DNA from: an uncultured Aliarcobacter sp.
GTDB taxonomy: Bacteria > Campylobacterota > Campylobacteria > Campylobacterales > Arcobacteraceae
DNA length: 64,000 nucleotides
Reading direction: 5' to 3'
Assembly (NCBI GenBank): GCA_963677435.1
Contig: OY781945.1
Location: forward strand, 2,176,001 to 2,240,000
The translations under genes were made by a program, and so were the position numbers. This document shows positions 1 through 8,983 of this stretch, in pieces (within the stretch, counting starts at the first letter, position 1; each line of letters begins with the position of its first letter). Below the pieces are notes generated by a model that was not told the DNA's origin, did not search any database, and saw nothing but the letters and a program-made list of their open reading frames with translations.

Positions 1-1084
1 GATAATATAACCCACCTAAAGAGATAGTATCTTTTTTAACATCTAAGTTTTTTATATCACTTGGTTTTTGAACTTCATTATTCAATATAGCTTGAACAAC
101 TGTTTCTAAATCTGATTTCTTAACATATTGAGTATCTTTTGCATTTGATGATTGAACTTTTATAGTTTTATCTTTAAATTCATGAATAAGTATTTCAACA
201 TTAGAAACACTAAATATTTTATCTAATTCATTTTCTATATATTTAGTTCTTAATATATCAAAAGCTTCATCAAAAGAAATATGTTGATATATTGTTTCTT
301 TGATTTGATTTTTTGCTTTATTACATAATAGTTTAAATATACCATCTTCTAATTCTATATGACTATTCTCACTAGGTCTAAAACCTTCAATAAAATCTTC
401 ATAAGAGTAGCTTTGATGAAAAGTTACAAACTCTATTCTTTTTTCTTTTTTTATATCTTCAAAAATTGAATTATTAAAATCATTTGTAGTTTCATTTTTA
501 GAGATAAAATCAAAAATAGTTTTTTCATCATTACCCTCTTCTATCATAGTAATTAATCGTTTATAGTTATGAGTTTTACCAACACCTGGTGCACCATAAA
601 GCATTATATTTTTTGTTTTCATATTATTCTCTTTCATTGTAGAAATATTTTTAACTTCTTCTTTATGAAGTATTTTCTCAAAATTATCTATATTCTCATT
701 TAATTTATCAATTAATGAATCAATTTGTTTGCTTTCAAATAGAGTAGATTTATATTTTTCTATTTGATTTGTTATATCTTGACTAATTTCGGGTTGATTC
801 TCTCTTGAAATTCCTAAACCCGTTTCCAATTTATTTTTATCATAAATATAGCTGATAAATGGATATACACCTTTATTTGTCATTTGTCCATCTTTTAAAA
901 ATGTTATATAAGGATATTTAGGAAGTATTAATCTTTTTCCTTTCCCAAATGCAATATTTAGTTCATAACCTCTATAATTTAATTCTAAATCTTGAATAAA
1001 ATTGTTATTCCAAACATTATCAGAATTATCCCATCTTTCTAAAAATATATTAATTATTTTTTTTAAATTATCTTTTTCATTCAT
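1..1084 (-). CDS. mcrB: McrB-family AAA+ GTPase restriction subunit (5' part; runs off the left edge)
   Basis: Not in the ORF track; translated by hand from the ATG at 1084, which overlaps the mcrC stop (ATGA). Reads MNEKDNLKK...IAFGKGKRLILPKYPYITFLKDGQMTNKGVYP (similar to the E. coli McrB N-terminal domain), Walker A MLYGAPGVGKT, McrB signature FVTFHQSYSYEDFIEGFRP. Open to position 1. Confidence 0.9.
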   Translation of the reverse strand, partial: MNEKDNLKKIINIFLERWDNSDNVWNNNFIQDLELNYRGYELNIAFGKGKRLILPKYPYITFLKDGQMTNKGVYPFISYIYDKNKLETGLGISRENQPEISQDITNQIEKYKSTLFESKQIDSLIDKLNENIDNFEKILHKEEVKNISTMKENNMKTKNIMLYGAPGVGKTHNYKRLITMIEEGNDEKTIFDFISKNETTNDFNNSIFEDIKKEKRIEFVTFHQSYSYEDFIEGFRPSENSHIELEDGIFKLLCNKAKNQIKETIYQHISFDEAFDILRTKYIENELDKIFSVSNVEILIHEFKDKTIKVQSSNAKDTQYVKKSDLETVVQAILNNEVQKPSDIKNLDVKKDTISLGGLYY

Positions 1085-2229
1085 AATATTCCCTTTACTC
1101 TTTTTCTAATTTCATCAATATACTCTTTATAATCATTTCCCATAAAATTCAAATCAATACTTCTTATTTTTAATTCTACTTTTTTATCATCTTTACCTAA
1201 AACTAAATCATATTTTATTTCATCTAAATGTCTAGGATACAAAAGTATCACATTATCAACTCCATAATTTACACGATAAGCAAAGGCTTGGAGTTTATCA
1301 CTTTGTTTTATATCTTCTATTGATTTGATTTTTTTATATTTTGTATCTATTATTTGGTTTTGTAGTATTATATCTGGCTTTAATATCAAATCATTGAAAT
1401 TATCTTGATTTTGTATTTTTGCATTTTCATCTAACTCTTTTACAATTCTAGCTATAAACTTCTCAAACAATATATTCATATCAAACAAAAAAGCGAATGA
1501 TTTTTTATCTTGACTAAACAATGGAATTGATTGCTTCAAAAGTAAAATTGCGATTTCAAAGCTGGTTTTGAATCTTTGATTTAATCTATTAAAATAAATC
1601 CTATCTAATTTATTTATATCTAATGACTTATCTTCAACCTCATCAAATATTAGTTCGCACTGTTTTAAAAGCTTTTTATCTTTTACAAACTTTTGAAGAT
1701 ATTTTATTGCATATAGAAAAAATTGATTTAGACTATTATTTGGACTGAATTCATCATATTCACAATAGATTTTATTTTTTGTGAAGTTATATTTTAGATT
1801 TTCATTTATTAGATATTTTCCTTTTAGAACTGGAAGATTATCTTGTTGGGTGATATACTCTTTGTATATACCTTTTTTTAATTCATTTAAAAGATTTGAT
1901 GCAAACATTTGAACAAATACTTCTAAGATAGAGTGCTCTTGATTTTGACAAGAGGCTATTTGTTCATTTGATAGATTTATATTATAAGCATACATCAACA
2001 TGTAGATAAATATATTTAGATTTTGTTCATCATTATGATTCGCAATTTTGGGCAAGATATAAAAATCTTGTTTATTAAAATTTAAAATTCCACAATATTG
2101 TCTAGCTTTTAGTGTTTTCCAATCAAGTTTAAAATATTTATGAAGAGATGAATTTTCTATAATGTGTATTTTTAACTCTTTATAGTTTTCTTCTTTTATC
2201 TCTTCATATTCATATATTATATTTGGCAT
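1081..2229 (-). CDS. mcrC: McrC-family PD-(D/E)xK restriction endonuclease subunit
   Basis: QYCGIL..ILPKI N-terminus, FLFDMNILFEKF, LKPDII...IDTKYK catalytic motif, D.LQAFAY; adjacent to mcrB. Confidence 0.9.
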   Translation of the reverse strand: MPNIIYEYEEIKEENYKELKIHIIENSSLHKYFKLDWKTLKARQYCGILNFNKQDFYILPKIANHNDEQNLNIFIYMLMYAYNINLSNEQIASCQNQEHSILEVFVQMFASNLLNELKKGIYKEYITQQDNLPVLKGKYLINENLKYNFTKNKIYCEYDEFSPNNSLNQFFLYAIKYLQKFVKDKKLLKQCELIFDEVEDKSLDINKLDRIYFNRLNQRFKTSFEIAILLLKQSIPLFSQDKKSFAFLFDMNILFEKFIARIVKELDENAKIQNQDNFNDLILKPDIILQNQIIDTKYKKIKSIEDIKQSDKLQAFAYRVNYGVDNVILLYPRHLDEIKYDLVLGKDDKKVELKIRSIDLNFMGNDYKEYIDEIRKRVKGIL

Positions 2230-2262
2230 TATTAATTATATACTTATTCTTTCTTTTATTTT

Positions 2263-3141
2263 TTACTCGTAATATTTACAAATAGCTTGTGTTCCTAAAT
2301 CGCCATCGCCATTTTTTTCTAATGTCTCATACATTTCCAATACATCTTTTAATACTTTTAGAGTTGGAACTTCTTCATTTGCTATTTTCAAATCTTTAAC
2401 CATATGCTTGATATAAAAACCTGCTTTAAAATCTCTTTGATTCATTTTTGGAGCTGTATTTGTCATATGAAAACTTGAAGCAGAACCATTACTAATACTT
2501 CTTAACATAGTTTCTATATCTAATCCAACTTTTTTTCCATAAGTTATAGCTTCACTAATTCCTGCCATGATTCCAGCAATCGCTATTTGGTTTGCCATTT
2601 TTGTATGTTGTCCACTTCCTGATTTTCCTTCATAGATAATAGTTGTACCTAAGGCTTCAAAAATATCTTTACAAGCATTAAAATCTTCTTCATCTCCACC
2701 AACCATAATAGATAGAGTTGCATTTTTAGCACCTCCTTCTCCACCAGAAACAGGAGCATCTAAAAACTTCAATTCTTTCTCTTTTGCAATATTATAAATA
2801 TCAATTATTAGATTTGGACTCGTTGTTGTCATATCTATTAAATAAGTATCTTTTTTTACGCTATTTAAAATACCTTTTTGTGATAAGTATATCTCTTCCA
2901 CATCTTTTGGGTAACCAACTATTGTTATTACTACATCTTTATCTTCTACACAAGATTGAATACTTTCACGAAAAACTGCACCAGCTTCTAGTATATCTTC
3001 AATCTTTTGTTTATCTCTTGCATAAACATCTACTTCAAATCCTTTTTTCATTAGATTTAAAATCATTGATTTACCCATTACACCTGCGCCTATAAAACCT
3101 ATTTTTTTACCTACAAGTAGGATTTCACTTTGCTTCATCAT
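2263..3141 (-). CDS. NAD(P)-dependent beta-hydroxyacid dehydrogenase (3-hydroxyisobutyrate dehydrogenase / tartronate semialdehyde reductase family)
   Basis: IGFIGAGVMG Rossmann motif, LDAPVSGG, GSGQHTKMANQ catalytic Lys. Confidence 0.9.
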   Translation of the reverse strand: MMKQSEILLVGKKIGFIGAGVMGKSMILNLMKKGFEVDVYARDKQKIEDILEAGAVFRESIQSCVEDKDVVITIVGYPKDVEEIYLSQKGILNSVKKDTYLIDMTTTSPNLIIDIYNIAKEKELKFLDAPVSGGEGGAKNATLSIMVGGDEEDFNACKDIFEALGTTIIYEGKSGSGQHTKMANQIAIAGIMAGISEAITYGKKVGLDIETMLRSISNGSASSFHMTNTAPKMNQRDFKAGFYIKHMVKDLKIANEEVPTLKVLKDVLEMYETLEKNGDGDLGTQAICKYYE

Positions 3142-3188
3142 TTTATAACCTTATGTGTGTTTTATAAAAGTAATCAGTTTACTCTTTT

Positions 3189-4313
3189 CTATAAAAGATT
3201 ACCATATTTATAATAAGCACTACAAGCACCTTCGCTACTTACCATACAAGAACCAATTGGATTTGTTGGTGTACAAAGTGTTCCAAAAATTTTACAGTCG
3301 TGTGGTTTTGCTATTCCTTTTAGAATATCTGGACATCTACAAGCTTTGTTGTCTTTTACTTCTTTTGTGGGAAGAATTTCTTTATATACTATTTTTGCAT
3401 TGAATTTATCGTATTCTTCTTTTAGTTCATATCCACTATTTTCAACTGTTCCTATTCCTCTGAATTTAAAAGGAACTTTTTTGAAGTATTTATTCATTAA
3501 CTCTTGGGCTTTTATATTTCCATCATATGAAACAAGTCTTTTATACTCTACTTCTAGGTCACTTCTTTTTTCTTTGAACTGTTTTACTATCATAAAGATT
3601 GATTGCATCACATCAACTGGTTCAAAACCTGCCACAACTACTGGTTTATTATAAGTCAAAGGAAACTCTTCATATATCTTACTTCCACTAATAACACTCA
3701 CATGTGATGGGCCTAAAAAAGCATCTATTTTACAATCACTACTTTGCACTAATACTTGCATAACTTCTGGAACTGTTATATGGTTTATATGAAAAAGTAT
3801 ATTTGTAATATTGTGTTTTATTACTTGTTCAAGTAATGCACAAGTCATTGGAGTTGTTGTTTCAAATCCTATTGCAAAAAAGACTACTGTTTTATTTAGA
3901 TTTTCATTTGCTATTTTTATACATTCCATTGGAGAATAGACAAATCTTACATCTGCACCTTGGCTTCTTGCATTTTGTAAACTTCCCTTACTTCCTGGAA
4001 CTTTTATCATATCGCCTAGAGTTACAAGTATTACATCTTCTTGTAAACTTAACTCATAAGCACTATCGATTCTCTCTTTTGGCATTACACAAACAGGACA
4101 ACCAGGTCCATGTATGAAGTTTATTTTTTTATTTATTAGTTGTGGAATTCCATACTTCATAATAGTGTGGGTATGTCCTCCACAAACTTCCATGATGTTT
4201 ATAATTCCATCATAATCTTTTAGATCTTCATCAATTAGCTGTTTATATGCTTTTATGGTTTTAGCATCTCTAAAACCATCATATAAATCTTTTAGTTGTA
4301 GTTCTTTTTCCAT
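3189..4313 (-). CDS. hypD: Hydrogenase maturation protein HypD
   Basis: MEVCGGHTH, GPGCPVC, GFETT, C-terminal CMVSSEGAC; start placed at MEKEL (4313), just after the hypC stop. Confidence 0.97.
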   Translation of the reverse strand: MEKELQLKDLYDGFRDAKTIKAYKQLIDEDLKDYDGIINIMEVCGGHTHTIMKYGIPQLINKKINFIHGPGCPVCVMPKERIDSAYELSLQEDVILVTLGDMIKVPGSKGSLQNARSQGADVRFVYSPMECIKIANENLNKTVVFFAIGFETTTPMTCALLEQVIKHNITNILFHINHITVPEVMQVLVQSSDCKIDAFLGPSHVSVISGSKIYEEFPLTYNKPVVVAGFEPVDVMQSIFMIVKQFKEKRSDLEVEYKRLVSYDGNIKAQELMNKYFKKVPFKFRGIGTVENSGYELKEEYDKFNAKIVYKEILPTKEVKDNKACRCPDILKGIAKPHDCKIFGTLCTPTNPIGSCMVSSEGACSAYYKYGNLL

Positions 4314-4317
4314 GATA

Positions 4318-4599
4318 TTATCTATTTGGGCAATTATCAGATTGAGCAATTGCTTCTAATCTATCTAGTTCTTCCATCTTTTCTATAATCTCTTGGTAAA
4401 CTTTGAGGGATTCCAAAGCATCCTCTTCATTTATTTTATTCATTGCAAATCCAATATGAATTAAAACATAATCTCCAACCACTACATCTTGGTCTATTAA
4501 ATCTAAACTTGCACTTCTTTCAACTCCCATTGTGTCAACAACACAAGTGTTCATTTCAGTGTCTATACTTTTTATTTTTGAAGGAATTGATAAACACAT
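4318..4599 (-). CDS. hypC: Hydrogenase maturation chaperone HypC
   Basis: MCLSIP N-terminus, GDYVLIHIGFA. Confidence 0.97.
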   Translation of the reverse strand: MCLSIPSKIKSIDTEMNTCVVDTMGVERSASLDLIDQDVVVGDYVLIHIGFAMNKINEEDALESLKVYQEIIEKMEELDRLEAIAQSDNCPNR

Positions 4600-5417
4600 T
4601 ATCTCATTCTCCTTTTAAAATTAATCCAATCAATTACATTTTGAAGTGATTGTTTATCTTTTACATTTACTTCTAATATATCTACATTTGGTTTTAGTTT
4701 TCTAGCTTCCAGCTTCTCTTTTTCAATATCATATTCAAAGTATGGAAGTAAATCTGTTTTAGTAATAAGTATCAAATCAGCACATCTAAACATAACTGGA
4801 TATTTAGCAATCTTATCCTCACCCTCAGGAACTGAAACAAGAACAATATTTAAATGAGTTCCCACATCATAAGAAGCAGGACATACAAGATTTCCAACAT
4901 TTTCCACAAAACAAACATCAATATTGTCTAACTTAATATCATGCAAACCTTTGTGAACCATAAAAGCATCTAAGTGACAAGCACTTCCTGTTTGGATTTG
5001 AACAGCTTCAATTCCTTTTGCTTTTAATCTATCCGCATCCCTTGAAGTTTCTAAGTCACCCTCAACAACTGCAAATTTAAAATCTACCATATCAGCGATA
5101 TTTTCTAAAAGTGATGTTTTTCCACTGCCAGGGCTACTCATGAGATTTATTCCTAAAACTTTGTGTGAATCAAAATGAGCTCTATTGTGTGAAGCTTCAT
5201 GGTCATTTTTATCAAGTATTTTTTTGATTATAGAGATTGTTTTTGCATCGTTTAATTGTGGATTATGATTAAGTGTTTCGTGAGCTGCTTGGTGTGTCGC
5301 ACTCCATGTCGTAGTATCATGTGGATGGTCGTGGTCATGAACCATTCCATGTTCATGGTCATCGTGATGATGGTGATGTTCTTGTCCTGCTATTGTACAA
5401 CCGCAATCTTTACACAT
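4599..5417 (-). CDS. hypB: Nickel-insertion GTPase HypB with His-rich N-terminus
   Basis: MCKDCGC, poly-His tract, SSPGSGKT, ENVGNLVCP, TKTD. Confidence 0.97.
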   Translation of the reverse strand: MCKDCGCTIAGQEHHHHHDDHEHGMVHDHDHPHDTTTWSATHQAAHETLNHNPQLNDAKTISIIKKILDKNDHEASHNRAHFDSHKVLGINLMSSPGSGKTSLLENIADMVDFKFAVVEGDLETSRDADRLKAKGIEAVQIQTGSACHLDAFMVHKGLHDIKLDNIDVCFVENVGNLVCPASYDVGTHLNIVLVSVPEGEDKIAKYPVMFRCADLILITKTDLLPYFEYDIEKEKLEARKLKPNVDILEVNVKDKQSLQNVIDWINFKRRMR

Positions 5418-5448
5418 ATTATTTCCTTTTTATTTTAAACTATTTTGG

Positions 5449-5462
5449 TGAATATATATTCA
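5449..5462. promoter_or_regulatory. Palindromic operator TGAAT-N4-ATTCA upstream of hypB (candidate TetR site)
   Basis: TGAATATATATTCA; same palindrome at 55859-55872 and a 1-mismatch copy at 55638-55651 upstream of hydA. Confidence 0.55.
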
Positions 5463-5512
5463 TTTTAAATAGTTTAACTCAAAAAGTCTAAATGTCCTAT
5501 AATTTTAATTTG

Positions 5513-5537
5513 CAGTTAGGTGTTTTTGGAACAAATA
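5513..5537. promoter_or_regulatory. 25-bp hydrogenase/nickel regulon motif, copy 1 (hypB / cytochrome c intergenic)
   Basis: CAGTTAGGTGTTTTTGGAACAAATA; 20/25 identical to 12781-12805. Confidence 0.5.
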
Positions 5538-5600
5538 AATTTACATAACACTAAATTAACACTTGTTAGTAATAATAGTAAATTAATTTTAGGAGAAAAA

Positions 5601-5894
5601 ATGAAAAAAATCGTATTATCTACAATATTTGTAGCAGTATCTGCTACTTATCTATCTGCTGCTTCTTTTGCAGCATGTGCTACTTGTCATGGAGCAAATG
5701 CTGAAAAAGCCGCATTAGGGAAATCTGCAATAATAAAAGGTTGGGACGAAGCTAAAACTATTGCATCTTTAAATGGTTATAAAGCTGGAACTTTAAATGT
5801 TTATGGAATGGGAGCAGTTATGAAAGGTCAAACTGCAAAATTAAATGATGCTGATATAGCTGATTTAGCAAAACAAATAGCAGCAATGGAATAA
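5601..5894 (+). CDS. Periplasmic monoheme cytochrome c553-type
   Basis: AGGAG RBS before ATG 5601, Sec signal peptide, CATCH heme motif, distal Met in MGAVMKGQ. Confidence 0.92.
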   Translation: MKKIVLSTIFVAVSATYLSAASFAACATCHGANAEKAALGKSAIIKGWDEAKTIASLNGYKAGTLNVYGMGAVMKGQTAKLNDADIADLAKQIAAME

Positions 5895-5900
5895 TCTTTT

Positions 5901-5958
5901 AACTAGTCAATTTTTATTGACTAGTTTTTAAGTAAATCAAAAATAATTTACTTAAAAA
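5901..5958. terminator. Two tandem hairpins between convergent genes (probable bidirectional terminator)
   Basis: AACTAGTCAAT-tttt-ATTGACTAGTT followed by TTTTTAAGTAAAT...ATTTACTTAAAAA. Confidence 0.65.
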
Positions 5959-5966
5959 TAATATAG

Positions 5967-6359
5967 TTATTTAAATGAAGCTGATGTCTCTTTTAATATT
6001 GCATTTACATCTAATGCTTCACCATTATATTTAACAAGTTTTATACCTTGTGAAGTAAATGAGTTCGCTGTGTTTTTACAAGCTTTTTTAACTACTATAT
6101 AACTACACTCGCTTAAAGCTTCACCCATTTTATTATGTTGGGCAATATGTGCTTCATCATCGTGTCCATGACTGCATTCGTGGTCTTCTTCTGCGTGATC
6201 GTGGTCTATGTCTGTTCTTGGATTTTTTATTACTGAGTCTAATTTAAATGATCTAAACATTCCTGAACCTGTTAAATCATAAATTGCGAAATTTGGAGTA
6301 TGGCCTGCATTACTAAAGAATGTTAAATTCTCATCTTTTACTGGAATTGCTATTTTCAT
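5967..6359 (-). CDS. NifB/NifX (FeMo-cofactor-binding fold) family protein with His/acid-rich insert
   Basis: MKIAIPV...GHTPNFAIYD N-terminus typical of NifX/NifB-C-like proteins; DHDHAEEDHECSHGHDDEAH insert. Confidence 0.7.
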   Translation of the reverse strand: MKIAIPVKDENLTFFSNAGHTPNFAIYDLTGSGMFRSFKLDSVIKNPRTDIDHDHAEEDHECSHGHDDEAHIAQHNKMGEALSECSYIVVKKACKNTANSFTSQGIKLVKYNGEALDVNAILKETSASFK

Positions 6360-6420
6360 TATATGCCTTTTTTTAGTTTATTGTAGAGTATACTCTCTTA
6401 ATTAGCTTTATATGCAATTA

Positions 6421-7449
6421 TTACTCCGTATGAATTTTATATTTTTGTTTTGCATTTTCTATTGCTTTATTGAGTCGCTTTTTAAACTCCTCTTTTGGTG
6501 GTAAAATAGTGAGATATTTAGCCACATGAATATCACTTTTTTCAAGTTCAAGTAATTCTATTTGTTCTTCATTTTTATCACTACAAAGAATGATTCCTAA
6601 AGGTGTGTTTTCATCTTCTTCTTTTTCATACTTTTCCAAATATTTTAAGTATAACTCCATTTGACCTTTATACTCTGATTTGAACTTGCCTAGTTTTAAA
6701 TCAAAAACAACCAATCTTTTTAGTTTACGATTATAAAAAAGTAAATCAATATAAAAATCATCTTCGCCAATTTGAACTCTTTTTTGTCGTGCTATAAAAG
6801 AAAGTCCCGTACCAAGCTCTAAGATGAAGTTTTCAATATCTCTTAAAATGGCATCTTCTAAATCTTTTTCTAGATATCTGTCATTGAGTTCTAAAAAATC
6901 CAAGATGTATGGGTCTTTTAAAACCATATTTGGACTCACAATGCCCTCTTTTAGTTTTTCTATTTCGTGTGTGATAAGCTCATCAGGCTTTTTTGATAGG
7001 GCTGTTCGCTCAAATAACATAGAGTCGATTCTATCTCTTAAAGTTCGTACACTCCATTTATCTAAACTACTCATTTGAGCATAAAATTCTATTTTAAGAT
7101 TATCTTCCATGGGTAATAACTCTTTAAAATGAGACCAACTTAATTGTTGCGACAGTGTAGCAATATTTTCAAAGGTAAAATATTGGGCAAATTTCATCAT
7201 TCTTGTAAAAGAAGAATAGATATACCCTTGTCCAAACTCTGCTGTCAATTTTGCAGACACTGTCTGCAGAATCTCTTTTCCATACTCTGCACGACTATTT
7301 TTCAATATATCTTCATTGATTTTAAAACCAATTTGCCAATACATCAAAGTCAAAGATGAGTTTACACTAATAGCTACTTGCTCTTTTGTAGATACTATGA
7401 GGTTTTTCAAATCCTCAAGCAAGGATTTGTTTTCAATAAACTTTTCCAT
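6421..7449 (-). CDS. yhcG: YhcG / DUF1016 PD-(D/E)xK nuclease-domain protein
   Basis: YWQIG, LSWSHF, WSVRTL, KDPYILDFL, FYIDLLFY..VFDLK, GQMELY. Confidence 0.92.
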   Translation of the reverse strand: MEKFIENKSLLEDLKNLIVSTKEQVAISVNSSLTLMYWQIGFKINEDILKNSRAEYGKEILQTVSAKLTAEFGQGYIYSSFTRMMKFAQYFTFENIATLSQQLSWSHFKELLPMEDNLKIEFYAQMSSLDKWSVRTLRDRIDSMLFERTALSKKPDELITHEIEKLKEGIVSPNMVLKDPYILDFLELNDRYLEKDLEDAILRDIENFILELGTGLSFIARQKRVQIGEDDFYIDLLFYNRKLKRLVVFDLKLGKFKSEYKGQMELYLKYLEKYEKEEDENTPLGIILCSDKNEEQIELLELEKSDIHVAKYLTILPPKEEFKKRLNKAIENAKQKYKIHTE

Positions 7450-7525
7450 TTTGATTTCCTTTTTTGAAAATCATAACAAAAAAATTATTTATTATAAAAA
7501 ATATTACAATTTGTTATTTAAATTA

Positions 7526-8983
7526 TCAAAAATCTCCTTGTTTTAATTTTTTCAATTGATAATTATCAATTATTGTAGGTAAATTATTTTTTAAAATAGC
7601 TTTTATATTAGTGTAATATGCACCTTTTGGATATGGTATATACTGTCTTTGAGCCATATCAAAAGGTAATTGTTTTTCTTTATCATCTTCTTCTGTTCTA
7701 AGTAATAATGATGGCTTATCTAAACCTTCAGCATAAGCAACTTCATATAAAACATTTTGATTTATTCCTGTTAAATCAGCAACAAAAATATCGCACTCTT
7801 TAATCTGATTTAGTAATCTTTGATCTATTCTTTGACTAGCACCTCTATGTCTCATAATAGGAAATAGCTCATAAAAGATATCTTTTTCTTGCTCTATTTC
7901 TTTTAAAGCTTCTTTAAAAAGCTTATTGTATTCATTTACAACTGCATGAGACCAATATGGCATAGCTACAAATATTTTTAATTTCCGATGTTCTATTAAG
8001 TTTTCAAATATACTTATTATTGTTTCTGATTCAATTTCCCTAATTTCATGAAAATAATTTTTTAATATCCAATTTTCTAATTGTATAAGTTTATCAGGAT
8101 TATGTACGGAATAAAAGATAAATACTATACAAACAGAAGAATTAATTTGTAAATTAAGTGCTTTATTTTTTCTATAAATAAATTCAACTTTTCTAAGTAT
8201 TTCTACAAATGCCTCTAAATTTGTTTGAGGTTTATATTTTTCTAATAATTCAAATATTTTTACAAAAGCACTTATTTGCATATTTTCTAACTGTTCAGTA
8301 ATTATTGGAGCTATTGATTTAATATTAAATTCATTTACTCTTCTTGAAAAAAGATAACTGTTACCAAATTCATTCTTTAAATTCTCATCAGAAAAATTTT
8401 GCTTATCAAGTATAATAGACCTTAAAACCTCTTCAGTTTTTAGAGGTACAACTTTTGAATTGATATTATGGAAAAGTGTTTTTTCTTGTTTTTGTATTTT
8501 ATCTGATTCAAATAATATAATACAAAAAGGTATCTCTTCATCATAATCTTTCTGTGTATTATTAGCATTTAATCTATGGTTTCCATCTATTCTACCAAAT
8601 ATCTTTTCATCAGAATTTAAAGAAACATTTACAATTGTAAGTAAAATATTTTGTCTTTTTGATAATGTCTTAACAACAACATCATTAACATTTGACTTAA
8701 ATCCTTTTTTATTATTAAAAATATCTTGAATAGGATTTACACCACTTTTAGCATTAGAACTAGTAAAATCATATTTTAAATCTAGTGATAAAATAACTTC
8801 AGGAAAAAACAAGTCTTCTCCTCGACTATAATAATCACTTATTTCCTGAAGATGTTGAGGAATTATTTCTCTTTGATAATTTTTTGATTCAGAATACTTA
8901 ACTATTTCAGAAAATTTTGCAGTTCCTCTTATTGTAATATAACCACCAAAAGTTTTTCCTAATTGTCCTTGAAGTTTAAACAC
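7526..8983 (-). CDS. DGQHR (DndB/ParB-like) domain fused to a C-terminal nucleoside 2-deoxyribosyltransferase/TIR-like domain
   Basis: N-terminal YQR, FPEVIL, RIDGNHRL, LFHNINSK; C-terminal KIFVAMPY...CDIFVADLTGINQNVLYEVAYAEGLDKP...LPFD. GTG start with GGAG RBS overlaps the stop of the specificity gene. Confidence 0.75.
   Translation of the reverse strand: MFKLQGQLGKTFGGYITIRGTAKFSEIVKYSESKNYQREIIPQHLQEISDYYSRGEDLFFPEVILSLDLKYDFTSSNAKSGVNPIQDIFNNKKGFKSNVNDVVVKTLSKRQNILLTIVNVSLNSDEKIFGRIDGNHRLNANNTQKDYDEEIPFCIILFESDKIQKQEKTLFHNINSKVVPLKTEEVLRSIILDKQNFSDENLKNEFGNSYLFSRRVNEFNIKSIAPIITEQLENMQISAFVKIFELLEKYKPQTNLEAFVEILRKVEFIYRKNKALNLQINSSVCIVFIFYSVHNPDKLIQLENWILKNYFHEIREIESETIISIFENLIEHRKLKIFVAMPYWSHAVVNEYNKLFKEALKEIEQEKDIFYELFPIMRHRGASQRIDQRLLNQIKECDIFVADLTGINQNVLYEVAYAEGLDKPSLLLRTEEDDKEKQLPFDMAQRQYIPYPKGAYYTNIKAILKNNLPTIIDNYQLKKLKQGDF

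Noticed and set aside
5290..5380. Repetitive CAT/GAT-rich sequence in hypB
   Set aside because: Simply encodes the His/Asp-rich nickel-binding tract; not an independent repeat element.
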